Positions 41,530 to 53,367 are shown, counted from the first letter of the stretch. The stretch: 64,000 nucleotides of DNA from an uncultured Acidobacteriota bacterium (GCA_963744645.1 CAVUUN010000014.1:1308976-1372975); one strand, 5' to 3'. Numbers and translations are program-made. Notes: generated by a model from the letters alone, not told the origin.

Positions 41530-43045
41530 ATGCTGCAAGCCAGATACGTAGCCGCGATTGACCAGGGGACCACCAGCACACGCTGCATGCTGTTCAAACA
41601 AAACGGCCGGGTTGCGGGGCTGGCTCAGAAAGAGCACCGGCAGTTTTACCCCGAACCCGGATGGGTGGAACACGACCCGATGGAGATTTGGCAATCCACA
41701 CGGGAGGTCGTCGGGCAGGTGCTCGCCGAGGCCCAGGTGCGACCCGGCGAGATTGCCGCTGTTGGCATCACGAATCAGCGTGAGACCACCCTTTTGTGGG
41801 ACAGGGAAACCGGAAAGCCTTTCTACAACGCGATCGTCTGGCAAGACACCCGGACGAAGGAACTGTGCGATTCGCTGGCGGCCGAAGGGGGAATCGATCG
41901 ATTCCGAGCGAAAACCGGGCTTCCCATCGCGACGTATTTCTCCGGGCCCAAGCTGCGCTGGATCCTTGACCATGTTCCGGAAGCCCGTCAGGCAGCCGTG
42001 AAAGGCACCGCTCTGTTTGGCAACATCGACACCTGGCTGATCTGGTGGCTGACCGGCGGACCGTCCGGTGGTCATCACGTTACCGATGTAACCAACGCGA
42101 GCCGAACCCTGCTGATGAACCTGGAAACGCTGGAATGGGACGAGGAATGCCTGTCGGTCCTGCGCATCCCACCGTCGGTGCTTCCGCGAATTGTCTCCTC
42201 TTCGGACCCCGCGACATGGGGCGAAACGAGTCCCCAAGGACCCTTCCAGGCGGCCATCCCTGTCTGTGGCGATCTCGGAGACCAGCAGGCAGCCTTGGTT
42301 GGGCAGGTCTGTTTCGAGCCCGGTGAGGCGAAGAGTACCTATGGCACCGGCTGTTTCCTCCTGATGAATACCGGGACGGTGCCAGTCCAGTCGAAAAGCG
42401 GCTTGATCACCACCGTCGGCTACAGGTTCGCAGACCAGGCGCCAGTGTACGCCCTGGAGGGTTCGATCGCCGTCACCGGCTCCCTCGTCCAGTGGTTGAG
42501 GGACAACTTGGGCATCATCAAGCAATCCAAGGAGGTCGAGGATCTCGCCGCCGAGGTTGCCGACAACGGCGGGAATCTATTTCGTGCCCGCCTTCTCGGG
42601 CCTTTTTGCCCCGTACTGGCGTTCTGATGCACGGGGCGTCCTTGTAGGCATGACCCGGTACGTGAACAAGGGACACATCGCCCGGGCGGCCCTCGAAGCA
42701 ACTGCTTACCAGGTCAGAGAAGTGATAGAAGCCATCAGAAAGGACGGCGTGGCCCTCACCGGGCTGAAGGTAGACGGCGGAATGGTCTACAACGAATTGT
42801 TGATGCAGTTCCAGAGCGATATCCTGAACGTGCCGGTTCTTCGGCCTTCGGTCGCCGAAACCACGTCGCTCGGAGTCGCCTACGCCGCCGGCCTGGCAGT
42901 CGGCTTCTGGACCGGATTGATCGATCTCCGGCGGAACTGGGAGATCGACCGGACATGGAATCCGCAAATGGACGGAGAGACCCGCGAAAGGCTCTACCAG
43001 CAATGGCTGAAAGCCGTCACCCGCTCCTTTGATTGGATCGAGTGA
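41530..43045 (+). CDS. glpK: Glycerol kinase, with an apparent 1-nt insertion near 42565.
   Basis: FGGY kinase N-terminus (IDQGTTSTR) and C-terminus ([10 protein letters not shown]-like [19 protein letters not shown]). ORFs 41530..42627 and 42557..43045 join as ...[12 protein letters not shown] if one A is removed from GGGAATC. Confidence 0.85.
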
Positions 43046-43102
43046 ACCGCCGGGCCCTTGTGTTCTTCGCGGATAATTTGTTTCCCACGGCGATCGGCAG
43101 CT

Positions 43103-44811
43103 ATGCGCCGAATACAAACTGACGTCCTGGTTGTCGGCGGCGGAGCGACCGGCACCGGAGTGCTCCGGGATCTCGCAATGCGCGGGTTTCGCGCGGTCCT
43201 TGTCGAGCGGCGCGATCTGGCATCGGGCACGACCGGCCGTTACCATGGCCTGCTCCACAGCGGCGCGCGCTACGCGGTCAATGACCCGCCCGCTGCACTT
43301 GAGTGCATCAACGAGAACCGCATTCTCCGCACGATAATCCCCCAGTGCCTCGAGGATACCGGCGGTTTGTTCGTCACCACACCGGGAGACGATGCCTCTT
43401 ACATCCCGCTCTTCCTTGGAGGCTGCCAGGCAGCCGGCATACCGGTCGAGGAAGTACCGGTCGCGACGATGCTTCGCGAGGAGCCCAGGCTCAACCCCGC
43501 GATCACCCGTTGCTTCCGAGTGCCGGACGCCTCCGCTGATTCTTTTCTCGCGGCCGATTTGAATGCGCGGTCGGCGAAGGAACATGGCGCGGAGATCCTG
43601 CCCTACCACGAGGTCACGAAACTGCTCCGGCAGGAAAGCGGGTCTCCAAGGATCGTGGGCGCGGTGTGCATGGATCTCGCCAGCGGTGAAGAGATCCAGA
43701 TTCACTCGGACTTCGTGGTGAATGCCTCTGGTGCGTGGGCAGGCAGGATTGCAGCGAGCGCGGAGATCGAGATTCCCATGCGCCCCGGCAAAGGGACCAT
43801 GGTCGCCGTGAACCACCGCGTCGTCCATTCGGTCATCAACCGGTGTAAGCCACCCGCTGACGGGGATATCCTGGTCCCTGCCCACACGGTGTCGATCATA
43901 GGAACCACCGACGAGCCGGTCGCCGATCCTGACTCCCTCGGCATCGAGCCATGGGAGATCGCGCTGATGTTCGAGGAGGGGGAACGGATGGTTCCGGGCT
44001 TCCGGGATTTGCGGATCCTGCGCGCCTGGACCGGTGTTCGTCCGCTCTATCAGCCGACCGAATCGGCGCACTCCCGGCGGATAACGCGGGCCCACGTCCT
44101 GATCGACCATGAGTTCCAGGACGGCGTGGGCGGTCTTCTGACAATCACCGGCGGGAAGTGGACCACCTACCGGCTGATGGCCCAGGTGACCGTGGATAAA
44201 CTCTGCGAGAAGCTGAACGTCTCTCGTCCCTGCCGCACTCACCTGGAACCACTTGCCGGTTCGGAATCGTTTCATTCGCTCGGCGCCCGGCTGCGTCATG
44301 TGGAAACCGGTCAGTTGCAGGATTCATTGATTTGCGAATGCGAACTGGCGACCGAGGAGGACATTACCAAAGCCATCCGCGTGGGCCGGGCGCGAACCAT
44401 CGACGACGTTCGTCGCGACACGCGACTCGGGATGGGTCCCTGCCAGGGAAGTTTTTGCACTTACCGGATCGCCGGGATGCTCGGAGGCGAGGAGGAAAGC
44501 CGGGTCGCCGACATCAACTCCTCATTGAGGGAGTTCCTGCAGGCCCGCTGGCGAGGGTTGCGCCCAGTGCTCTCGGGCAGCCAGCTGAAGCAGGAGCGCC
44601 TGGCCGAGATGATCTATGCGAACGTGATGGCGATCGATTCCCTTCCCGGTCGGCAATCCACGGTCTTCGCCAACCCCGCCGATGTCCCCGACTGGCGAGA
44701 GGACGGGACAACTGGCCACTCTTCGTCCGGCAGTGTTTCCGGGGCGATCGCTCCTCAGGATTCCGCCCACGGGCAGGCGACTCCCCGAGGGCCGTCCACC
44801 TTCTCGAGTTC
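43103..44811 (+). CDS. glpA: Anaerobic glycerol-3-phosphate dehydrogenase subunit A (FAD; BFD-like 2Fe-2S domain).
   Basis: FAD fold VLVVGGGATG and a C-terminal BFD-like CECE...CQGSFC motif. It runs in frame into glpB in this assembly. The boundary is approximate. Confidence 0.75.
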
Positions 44812-46073
44812 CTCGGACATCCTGGTCATCGGCGGAGGGCTGGCCGGGCTGATGACTGCCTGGTCTGCGGCCAGACGCGGCCGCACGGTTCGGGTCATCA
44901 CTCACGGACAAGGAGCGCTTTTGTTTTCGGCCGGCACGGTCGACATCCTGGGCCATGACCCCGAGAATAAGGCCGTCGTGCATAATCTGCGGGCCAGTCT
45001 GGAGCGACTGATCGAACGCGATGCCCAGCACCCCTATACCCTGGCGGGTCTCGCGAACCTCGAGGCCGGCGTCACCGAATTCGCCCGCGTGTGCGAGGAG
45101 GCCGGCTATCCGATGGCGGGTTCCCTTCAAACCAATTCCCTTCACCCGACCGCCTGCGGCGGGCTTCGACCTGCTTCTCTCCTGCCGGAATCGATGTCGG
45201 CGGGGGTCCTGGACCCCAGGGACCGCGAGACCTCGTTCCTGATCGTCGGCCTGGCGGGTTTTCTCGATTTCTTTCCCGCCCTGGTCGCCAGCAACCTGCA
45301 GGATGCTGGTTACCCGACCGACTGGATCACGCTTGAAATGCGGCTGCCCTCGCGTCGTCGCTCGCTCAACTCAAAGGTCCTTGCCCAGTTCTTCGATGAT
45401 CCCGCCTTCTGTGACGATTTCTGCGATCTGCTCGTTTCACGCCTGCCCGCCCGCTCCTCGACACTCCGCCGACGACTCGGTTTCCCGGCGGTTCTGGGGT
45501 TAGCCGACACCCGGCGAATCCGGGAGCAGATCGAGCACAAGACCGGCTGCGCGGTTTTCGAGATCCCCGGTCTGCCACCATCCGTACCCGGGCTTCGACT
45601 CCAGAACTGCCTGGTCAGGGCCTTGCGAAACGCGGGGGTCGAGGTACTGGACGGAATGGAAGCGATCTCGGTCGAGCGTACCGGCAATAGAATCTCCAAG
45701 GTCTGGACTGAAGCTGCTTCGCGTTCCAAACCGCACACGGCCCGCGAATTTGTCCTGGCCACGGGCGGGATTCTTAGCGGTGGACTGGTGGTTCGCCCTG
45801 GCGGACAAGTGGTCGAGCCGGTCTTCGGACTCCCGGTGACCAGCCCTGGGGAAGCCACACGTGCCCTGTTCCTTGACCCGGGAGGGCACCCGGTTTTCAG
45901 CACCGGTGTCCGCGTGAATGACCGGTTCCAGCCGATCGACGAGGAGCGCCGAATCTCCGCCGAGAACCTCTTTGCGGTTGGCTCCATTCTCGGCGGGTCC
46001 CGACGTGGTCCGCGATGCCTCGATGGAAGGGATCGCCCTTGCAACCGCGCACGCGGTAGGAGAGCTCTTGTGA
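44812..46073 (+). CDS. glpB: Anaerobic glycerol-3-phosphate dehydrogenase subunit B. The 3' end needs a 1-nt correction near 46000.
   Basis: ILVIGGGLAGL FAD motif. Removing one C from GTCCC at about 45998 restores ...GSDVVRDASMEGIALATAHAVGELL-stop, with a TGA overlapping the glpC GTG start. Confidence 0.7.
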
Positions 46074-47320
46074 GCGCGCGAAGAAAACCGGTCGAGCTCA
46101 CCCTCGACCAGTGCATCAAGTGCAACATCTGCACCGCCGCCTGCCCGGTTTCTGCCGTCACGGATCTCTTCCCGGGACCGAAATACTGTGGCCCGCAGGC
46201 GGCGCGTTTTCGAGAGCCAGGGCTGTCCATCCCGGCCGATTCCGTCGACTACTGCAGCGGCTGTCGCGTGTGCAACATGGTCTGCCCTTCCGGCGTTCGA
46301 ATCGCGGAAATGAACGCCCGCGCCCGCGCGGCAGTCGTGGAGCAGGGGCACGTCCCCTTGAGGTTGCGGGTCAGGAACAATCTGCTCGCGCGCCCGGAGC
46401 TTCTTGGACGCCTCGGGAGCCCTCTTTCTTCGCTCGTTAACCGGCTGTCCGGCCTGTCGGCCGGACGACGCTTCGCCGAGCTGGCTCTCCATATCCACCG
46501 CGACGCGCCGGTTCCCCGATTTGCGCCCCAGCGGTTCAGCCGCTGGTTTCGTTCCCGCCCGAACCCCGTTAAGAACCGCTCCGCTGACAGGCTTGTCGTC
46601 TACTTTCACGGATGCTCAACCGAGTACTACGAGCCCAGGGTCGGACAAGCGGCCGTTCGCATCCTCGAAGCCAACGGGTTCGAGGTCATCGTCCCGCCGC
46701 AGAACTGCTGCGGTTTGCCCTTGCTCTCCAACGGAGAGTTCAGCGCCGCCCGGCGCTATCACCTGCGCAACGTGTCGAGCCTCTACGGGTTCGCCCGACA
46801 AGGGATACCGATCGTGGGGACGTCGACGAGCTGCACTCTGACGCTTAAGGAAGAGGCGCCCGAGCTGCTCGATCTGGATGACGACGCAACCAGGGCGGTG
46901 GCCGAAGCGACATTTGACTGGAATGAATTCCTGCTCCTCCTGATCGAGCAGGGACGGCTATCGCTCGCTCCGCGCCCGGTTCCCCTCGAGCTCGTTTACC
47001 ACGTTCCCTGTCAGTACCGCGCCCATCGCCTGGGCACTCCTGGCATCGAGCTGCTGCGGATCGTGCCCGAGCTGCGAATCGTGGAAAGCCAGGCGGACTG
47101 CTGCGGGATCGCAGGGACCTACGGCTACAAAAAGGAGAAATACGACGTCGCGATGAAAGTGGGAAGGCCGCTCTTCGACCTTGTCGGCCGATCCGAATCA
47201 CCCGTCGTGCTGTGCGACAGCGAAACCTGCCGCTGGCAAATCACGCACGCGACCGGACGACGGGCCATCCACCCCGTGGAACTGCTCGCATTCGCTTGTG
47301 GCTTGGCGGAAAAGCCGTAA
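46070..47320 (+). CDS. glpC: Anaerobic glycerol-3-phosphate dehydrogenase subunit C (two 4Fe-4S ferredoxin motifs plus CCG domains).
   Basis: CIKCNICTAACP and CSGCRVCNMVCP cluster motifs and two cysteine-rich CCG domains. GTG start at 46070. Confidence 0.8.
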   Translation: MSARRKPVELTLDQCIKCNICTAACPVSAVTDLFPGPKYCGPQAARFREPGLSIPADSVDYCSGCRVCNMVCPSGVRIAEMNARARAAVVEQGHVPLRLRVRNNLLARPELLGRLGSPLSSLVNRLSGLSAGRRFAELALHIHRDAPVPRFAPQRFSRWFRSRPNPVKNRSADRLVVYFHGCSTEYYEPRVGQAAVRILEANGFEVIVPPQNCCGLPLLSNGEFSAARRYHLRNVSSLYGFARQGIPIVGTSTSCTLTLKEEAPELLDLDDDATRAVAEATFDWNEFLLLLIEQGRLSLAPRPVPLELVYHVPCQYRAHRLGTPGIELLRIVPELRIVESQADCCGIAGTYGYKKEKYDVAMKVGRPLFDLVGRSESPVVLCDSETCRWQITHATGRRAIHPVELLAFACGLAEKP

Positions 47321-47330
47321 GAAAGAAAAC

Positions 47331-47450
47331 CGGCCCGCGGATCTACGCGGATCTACGCGGATAATCGCGGATAAAGGCAGCCGACGTTTCATCGGCTGCC
47401 TTTATCCGCGATTATCCGCGTAGATCCGCGTAGATCCGCGGGCCGGTTCC
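47331..47450. terminator. Perfect stem palindrome of about 50 bp made of CGCGGAT heptamers; bidirectional terminator.
   Basis: CCGGCCCGCGGATCTACGCGGATCTACGCGGATAATCGCGGATAAAGGCAGCCGA, a loop, then its inverse. It lies between convergent glpC and DUF1080 genes and is the same heptamer family as 39495..39590. Confidence 0.75.
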
Positions 47451-47469
47451 AGAGCGGCAGACAACCACC

Positions 47470-48238
47470 TTAGCTCGTCGTTCGCGGCAACTCGCGGATC
47501 TTGATGTTCCGGAACCAGAACACACTCCCGTGGTCCTGGAGGGCGATCCGGCCGCTCTTTGCCTTCCCGTAATCCGGCGCTTCCTTCCACTTCCCGGAAT
47601 CTCGCAGCTTGTTCCACTCGTCGGTCCAGCGCTCAAACTCCAGGATCTTCTTCCCGTTGAGCCAATGCTCGACGTGTTTACCGTTGACCACGATCCTTGT
47701 GTTGTTCCATTCCCCGACCGGTTTGAGCTGCTTCTGGTCGTTGGGAAGGTGCATGGCGTAGTTGGCGCCAGCCATCTGCCAGTCCTCGAGCTTTTGGGGA
47801 AAACCGACATCGTCGATGAACTGGTATTCCGGGCCGGTCATCCACGCCGCCTTGTACTTCGGATCCTCCACGACCGCATAGATGATGCCGCTGTTGCCGC
47901 CCTTGGACGTCTTCCAATCGATGCTGATTTCGAAGTTTTCGTACTCCTTTTCCGTCACGAGATCGGCTCGCAGGTCGCTTCCGTAGTTGCCTTCTGTTCC
48001 CACGGATTTGAGGGTGCAGTTCTCAACCATCCAGGACTTGGTGCTCTGGCCGTTGTAACCATGCCACCCCTCGAGACTCTTCCCGTCGAAAAGGAGCTTC
48101 CAGCCGGCCGCCTTTTCCTTGTCGGTCAGCTTGTTTGCCGACCCGCAGTCGGATTTTGTCGCCTGCTGGGCTTGAACGGTGCCGACAGAAACCGAACAAG
48201 AAAACGATGCTGATTGCGATGAGAAATGTACGTGTCAT
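47470..48238 (-). CDS. Secreted DUF1080 (LamG-like, 3-keto-disaccharide hydrolase family) protein, with an apparent frameshift near 48185.
   Basis: DUF1080 domain in ORF 47470..48030. The signal peptide MTRTFLIAISIVFLF is in ORF 48023..48238. The segments join (VSVGTVQAQQATKSDCGSANKLTDKEKAAGWKLLFDGKSLEGWHGY...) after a 1-nt shift in a T-run. Confidence 0.7.
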
Positions 48239-48295
48239 AGGTCCTCGGACTTAGGCTAACACCGAGGCCGCGGGCAAGACAAGGCAAGTGAACAG

Positions 48296-48424
48296 CACTG
48301 ACAACTGACAACTGCCCGACTGGCAACCCTGACCGAAAAGCGCCCCCGTGCTCAGCCGTCGTGGGCAGTGCGCGGTCAGTGGTGGTCAGTCGCGTCAGTC
48401 GTCAGTGGTCAGTCGTCAGTCAAC
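48296..48424. terminator. Palindromic heptamer array (CTGACAA ... GTCAGTG/GTCGTCA) downstream of pgm.
   Basis: CACTGACAACTGACAACTGCCCGACTGG ... CAGTGGTCAGTCGTCAGTCA. Confidence 0.5.
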
Positions 48425-50063
48425 TCCCCAGCGCCTGGTTGACGATCGCGCGGGCTTCTTCCTGAATCCGTCGCAGGTGCTCGGAACCTTTGAAGCTCTC
48501 CGCGTAGATCTTGTAAACGTCTTCGGTTCCTGACGGCCGGGCCGCAAACCATCCGCTTGCCGCAACCACTTTCAACCCGCCAATCGATGCCCCGTTTCCG
48601 GGCGCAGTGGTCAGTCGGGCAACAATCGGTTCCCCGGCCAAGTCGGACGCTTTAACCTGCTCCGGCGACAGCTTCCCCAGCGCGGCCTTCTGCTCGGGCG
48701 AAGCAGGAGCGTCTATCCTCTCGTAGACCGGATCGCCGAAGAGCCCGGTCAATTCGCGGTATTGTTCAGCCGGATCCCGCCCGGAGGTTGCGGTCATCTC
48801 AGCAGCCAGGAGGCCGAGGATGAAACCGTCCTTGTCGGTTGTCCATACCGAGCCGTCAGTGCGAAGGAACGATGCGCCGGCGCTTTCCTCGCCTCCAAAT
48901 CCGAGGGTTCCGGACAGAAGCCCGTCCACGAACCATTTGAAACCGACCGGGACTTCCACGAGCCGGCGACCGAGGTGAGCAGCCACCCGATCGATGATCG
49001 CGCTGCTGACCAGGGTCTTGCCGATTGCCACATCCGCCTTCCAGGAGCTTCTCCTCTGAAAAAGGTACGAGATGGCGACAGCCAGGTAGTGGTTCGGGTT
49101 CATCAGTCCCCCGCTCGGAGTCACGATCCCGTGGCGGTCATAGTCCGAATCATTCCCGAAGGCGATGTCATAGCGGTCCTTCAGGTCAATCAGCCCCGCC
49201 ATCGCGTAAGGGGACGAGCAGTCCATGCGGATGCGACCGTCGCGGTCAACCCGCATGAACCGAAAGGTGGGGTCTACAAGCTCGTTGACGACCGTCAGCG
49301 CCAGTCCGTACTTCTCGCGGATCGGCTCCCAGAAGGCCACGCCGGCGCCTCCCATCGGATCGACTCCAATGCGAAGACCGGAAGAAGCGATAGCTGCGAT
49401 ATCGACGACCGAGGCCAGGTCCGAGATGTACGGGGTAACGTAATCGTGCACCGTGGTCGTGGAAGACTTCAGGGCGCGCGAGTAAGCGACTCGACGGATT
49501 CCGGAGTTGCCTTCGACAAGCAGACGGTTGGCCTCGTCCTCGATCCACTTCGTAATGCCGGTATCGGCCGGGCCTCCGTGAGGCGGGTTGTACTTGAATC
49601 CCCCGTCTTCGGGCGGATTATGCGACGGGGTGATGACGATGCCGTCGCCCCGTCCTGTCTTCCGGCCCTGGTTGTAAGTGAGAATCGCGTGCGAGATCAC
49701 CGGTGTTGGCGTATAGCCAGGTGGTGTTGCGATGAGGGTCTGCACCCCATTGGCGGCCAGAACTTCGAGAGCCGTACTGTGAGCCGGCTCAGACAGGCCG
49801 TGAGTATCCATCCCCAGGAACAATGGACCATCGATCCCCTGCCCCGCACGGTAACTGCAGATCGCCTGGGTGATGGCCAGAATATGGGACTCGTTGAAAC
49901 TGTTCCGAATGGAGGATCCGCGATGCCCGGAGGTTCCGAAACTGACTCTCTGGGAGGCGACCGATGGGTCTGGACAGAGCGTGTAGTAGGCTGAGATTAG
50001 CTTGGGAACGTTGACCAGAATGGATGCTGGAGCAGGCTTTCCGGCAAGCGGATGAGTCGTCAT
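48420..50063 (-). CDS. pgm: Phosphoglucomutase (alpha-D-glucose-phosphate specific).
   Basis: PGM/PMM domains I-IV with the active-site Ser loop ([11 protein letters not shown]) and Mg site ([12 protein letters not shown]). The start is ATG 50063 (MTTHP), not the repeat-derived 50126. Confidence 0.9.
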   Translation of the reverse strand: MTTHPLAGKPAPASILVNVPKLISAYYTLCPDPSVASQRVSFGTSGHRGSSIRNSFNESHILAITQAICSYRAGQGIDGPLFLGMDTHGLSEPAHSTALEVLAANGVQTLIATPPGYTPTPVISHAILTYNQGRKTGRGDGIVITPSHNPPEDGGFKYNPPHGGPADTGITKWIEDEANRLLVEGNSGIRRVAYSRALKSSTTTVHDYVTPYISDLASVVDIAAIASSGLRIGVDPMGGAGVAFWEPIREKYGLALTVVNELVDPTFRFMRVDRDGRIRMDCSSPYAMAGLIDLKDRYDIAFGNDSDYDRHGIVTPSGGLMNPNHYLAVAISYLFQRRSSWKADVAIGKTLVSSAIIDRVAAHLGRRLVEVPVGFKWFVDGLLSGTLGFGGEESAGASFLRTDGSVWTTDKDGFILGLLAAEMTATSGRDPAEQYRELTGLFGDPVYERIDAPASPEQKAALGKLSPEQVKASDLAGEPIVARLTTAPGNGASIGGLKVVAASGWFAARPSGTEDVYKIYAESFKGSEHLRRIQEEARAIVNQALGS

Positions 50064-50080
50064 CCAGAAATTATAGTGCG

Positions 50081-50193
50081 ATTTCGGGGACTCGACGATT
50101 TCGGGGACATAATACTTAATTCCCACCCCGTAACCACCGAACTCCGCGTGAGCAAAGGAATTAAGTATTATGTCCCCGAAATGCCCGAAATTG
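50081..50193. repeat. Family B hairpin element immediately upstream of the pgm start codon.
   Basis: ATTTCGGGGACATAATACTTAATTCCC, a loop, then GGAATTAAGTATTATGTCCCCGAAAT. Confidence 0.85.
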
Positions 50194-50238
50194 TGCCCGC
50201 TGCCTTCTGCCCGCCGCCCGCTGATTTCTGCCCGCTCT

Positions 50239-51627
50239 CTAGCTGCCCCCTGCCGGCTGCCCGCTGCCCGCTGATTTGGGGGCCAGCAGGCGAGCCAGCA
50301 GGAAGGCCATCTCCATCGCCTGTTCGTAGTTCAAGCGCGGGTCGACGTGAGTGCGGTAATCGCGCTGGAGATCCGCCTCGGTGATGCCGCTCGCCCCGCC
50401 CAGGCACTCAGTCACGTTCTCGCCGGTCAGCTCGAAGTGGACTCCGCCCAGGTGCGCTCCACACTCCTTCAGGATGAGACAGGACTGCTCGAGCTCGGAA
50501 ATGATCCGCTCAAAACGCCTGGTCTTCACGCCCCCCGAGGTCATCTCCGTATTCCCGTGCATCGGGTCGCAGCACCAGAGGACCTTCTTTCCGGCTCGCT
50601 CCACTGTCTCGACGAGGGGCGGCAGGCGGTCACCCACCTTGTCCGCTCCCATCCGGTGGATGAAGGTCAGACGGCCCGGCTCGTTGGTCGGGTTCAGAAC
50701 CGAACACAGGCAGATTGCCTCTTCGGGCGTGACGCCCGGCCCGATCTTGACGCCTATGGGGTTCGCGATTCCGCGGAAATACTCGACGTGAGCGCCGTCG
50801 ACATTTCGCGTCCGTTCGCCGATCCAGGGGAAATGAGTGGAGAGGTTGTACCAGCCCGGCCGGCGGGGCACCTGTCGTGTCTGGGCCTGTTCGTAGTAGA
50901 GGTGGAGTCCTTCGTGACTGGTAAAGAAGTCGACCCGGTTGATGTCGGAGGCATTGTGTCCGGTGAGCGTTTCCATGAAACGAAGCGACTCGCCGATCGA
51001 CTGCACAGTGCGCATGTACTCATTGGCCAGCGGGGATTTCGACACAAATCCGAGATCCCAATACTCGGGATGGTGAAGGTCCGCGAAACCGCCGTCGACC
51101 AGGGCGCGAATGAAATTTATCGTCAGGGCTGCCCGTCCCTGGGCCTTCACGAGCAGCTCAGGATTTGGCTCGCGGTCCTCGGGCCGGAATGCCGGCCGAT
51201 TCACCATGTCACCCCGGTAGCAAGGCAGGGTCACGCCGCCCCGGGTCTCCGTATCCGCCGATCGAGGCTTGGCGTACTGACCGGCAAAGCGTCCGACGCG
51301 GATCACCCTTCTTCTTCCTCCCTGGACCAGAACCAGGCTCATCTGGAGGAGGATCTTCAGCTTACGAGTAATCGCGCTCGGCTCGCAGTCTTCAAAACTC
51401 TCGGAGCAATCCCCTCCCTGGAGCATGAAGCGCTCACCTGCGGCCGCTTCCGCCAGCTGTGACTTCAGCTTCTCGATCTCCCAACTGGTGACAAGCGGAG
51501 GGAGTTTGGCTAACTGGAGAAGCGCGGTCTGCAGCGCAGCCTGATCCTTATATTTGGGTTGTTGCGTCGCCGGTCGACTCTGCCAGGATGTCGGTGTCCA
51601 GGTGGAACCTGGTTGGATTGGGTCCAT
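50239..51627 (-). CDS. 3-deoxy-7-phosphoheptulonate (DAHP) synthase, class II.
   Basis: AroAII family ([14 protein letters not shown], cysteine motif). An alternative start is at 51672. The last ~12 residues ([13 protein letters not shown]) are read out of a CTGCCCG heptamer array (50200..50283) and may not be real. Confidence 0.85.
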   Translation of the reverse strand: MDPIQPGSTWTPTSWQSRPATQQPKYKDQAALQTALLQLAKLPPLVTSWEIEKLKSQLAEAAAGERFMLQGGDCSESFEDCEPSAITRKLKILLQMSLVLVQGGRRRVIRVGRFAGQYAKPRSADTETRGGVTLPCYRGDMVNRPAFRPEDREPNPELLVKAQGRAALTINFIRALVDGGFADLHHPEYWDLGFVSKSPLANEYMRTVQSIGESLRFMETLTGHNASDINRVDFFTSHEGLHLYYEQAQTRQVPRRPGWYNLSTHFPWIGERTRNVDGAHVEYFRGIANPIGVKIGPGVTPEEAICLCSVLNPTNEPGRLTFIHRMGADKVGDRLPPLVETVERAGKKVLWCCDPMHGNTEMTSGGVKTRRFERIISELEQSCLILKECGAHLGGVHFELTGENVTECLGGASGITEADLQRDYRTHVDPRLNYEQAMEMAFLLARLLAPKSAGSGQPAGGS

Positions 51628-51754
51628 CTCTTTATGCCACCTGCTTTCGAAAGCAGCTAAGAATGGGAGCATAGGACAAGAAGGCGGCCGACCTCAAGCA
51701 GCACGGCTTTTTTCTGTCACTGCCTCGCTTCAAAACGATGTTATTGTGTGGAGC

Positions 51755-52024
51755 ATGGATCACAAGCGCTTCGATGACAGGAGACCACCCGGATGGAAAC
51801 CGGTCAGGCGGCCGGTCCCGGAGGAGTCCACGCAGGAAGAGGTGAAATACATCAAGTACCTGATCGAGAATCAGGTCCCGGTCTGCGTGAAACTCACGGA
51901 CAACCAGGAAGTGACCGGGGTCATCGAGTACTACGATCAATCGTTCATCCGGGTAACGAGGCAGAGCCAGCCCAACCTTTTCATTTTCAAGCAGCAGATC
52001 AAGTATCTCTACGAGATCAAGTAG
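51755..52024 (+). CDS. Small Sm-like / Hfq-family RNA-binding protein (89 aa).
   Basis: EVKYIKYLIENQVPVCVKLTDNQEVTGVIEYYDQSFIRVTR...NLFIFKQQIKYLYEI matches the Hfq Sm1/Sm2 spacing pattern (F..L......V.V.L.NG..L.G.I..FD.F.I.L.......YKHAI). The call is based on sequence pattern only. Confidence 0.5.
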   Translation: MDHKRFDDRRPPGWKPVRRPVPEESTQEEVKYIKYLIENQVPVCVKLTDNQEVTGVIEYYDQSFIRVTRQSQPNLFIFKQQIKYLYEIK

Positions 52025-52392
52025 ATCCTGACCGGCTCACCAGCTGACCGGCTGACCAGATCGTTGCGCACTGCGCGCTTCGCACTGCGCACTTCAACTG
52101 GGCTAAGGGACGACCAGTCGGCGAGGTCAGAAGGGTGGGGGAGGTATGTAGTACCGGCTTCAGCCGGTCGAACCGTCGGCAATCTCGATTGTCCGAGCGC
52201 CGAACTCGGGCACGAGCTGGCTTGCGGCGGTACTACGAACCTCGTCAGTCCGTCAGCTCGTCAGCCTCTCAGCCGGTCAGCCGGTCAGCCGGTTAGTGGT
52301 CAGTCGTCAGTAGTTTAGTCGTCAGTGGTCAGCCGGTCAGCTCGGTTAGCCGGTCAGCTCGTCAGCCGGTCAGCCGGTCAGTCGTCAGTGTT
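52025..52392. terminator. Two palindromic heptamer-repeat blocks (CTGACCGG / GCGCACT / CGTCAGT families) between convergent genes.
   Basis: 52025..52100 shares the CTGACCGGCTGACC and GCGCACTGCGCAC modules with 32709..32862. 52236..52392 contains GTCAGCC/GTCAGTC arrays. Confidence 0.5.
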
Positions 52393-53263
52393 TCAGCAAC
52401 CGCTCCACCACCGCGGGGTCGACCGGCTTCAATTCCACCCGACGCACGATGATCTCCGCCCCTTCCGACTGAATCTGGATCTTCCCGGCGCTGTGGGTGG
52501 AGTTCGTCCCGTAGTTGACGACCGTGCCGTTGACCACGTTGATTATGGACGCCCCGTCACAGATGACTTCCGACCGATTCCACTGGCGGACCGGCTTCTC
52601 CACGTCCTGACGACCTCGAAAACCGAGCGCATCCTTCCACTCGACGTCCCGCCCAAACCAGTTGAATCGCCCCTCGTTCCGTCTCACCTCGGCACCGTTC
52701 GGGTCCCAGTAAAGCTGGCCGTCCGGCCCGACTCGTGTCTTGACCGAGAGTGCCGGACGTGAGGCACCCGCGACAAGGATGATGTCACCGCATCCGCCCT
52801 CGATGATCTGGTGCTCGATCGACTCGAGCCAGCATTCCCCGGCGGCCCCGTCTGCCCCGACCCCGTGAACCAGGATCCCGCTGTCTCGGGCCTTCTGCTT
52901 TCTCGGCTCATAGGTCGCTCCTCCCCAGCGCCATTCCACGACAAGGTGGTAATCACGAAAGGCGTCGCGGGTAGTGAGCGCGCCCCATTCCTCGCCCGAA
53001 ATCCGGATGGCACCGTCGACAATTTGAAATACACCTTTGGGATCGGTGTACTTGCTCGACTTGAGATAAGTGTAGAAGTGATCGAGACCCTTTCCCTCGA
53101 ATAGGACAAGTGGCGTCGTGACGCGCCGGGCCTCCTGCGCTTCGGCCGGCTGACCGGGCACCGGGCCCGCTCTGAGGGTCAGAACAGACATCAGAATCGG
53201 GAGGCACCAGAACCCGTTTAAGATTTTGCGGCGGTTGTGGAAATCCATGAAAGCAGTGTACAT
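52385..53263 (-). CDS. Secreted DUF1080 family protein (paralog of 47470..48238).
   Basis: Signal peptide (ILNGFWCLPILMSVLTLRAGP) and a DUF1080 domain. Start at MYTAF (53263) or MDFHN (53248). Confidence 0.75.
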   Translation of the reverse strand: MYTAFMDFHNRRKILNGFWCLPILMSVLTLRAGPVPGQPAEAQEARRVTTPLVLFEGKGLDHFYTYLKSSKYTDPKGVFQIVDGAIRISGEEWGALTTRDAFRDYHLVVEWRWGGATYEPRKQKARDSGILVHGVGADGAAGECWLESIEHQIIEGGCGDIILVAGASRPALSVKTRVGPDGQLYWDPNGAEVRRNEGRFNWFGRDVEWKDALGFRGRQDVEKPVRQWNRSEVICDGASIINVVNGTVVNYGTNSTHSAGKIQIQSEGAEIIVRRVELKPVDPAVVERLLKH

Positions 53264-53367
53264 CAGGCCGAAGGAGGAACTAGAATGACCCGCTGGGCGG
53301 GCGGCCGGTTGCGGCCGGACAAAAGTGGGAAGAAACACCACCCACTCGCCCTTCACCGGAGGCCGCA

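Noticed and set aside
44332-44958. A 208-aa ORF inside glpA/glpB.
   Set aside because: It is an alternative frame of the glpA-glpB linker region, Arg/Pro-rich with no start context. It is not needed to explain the locus.
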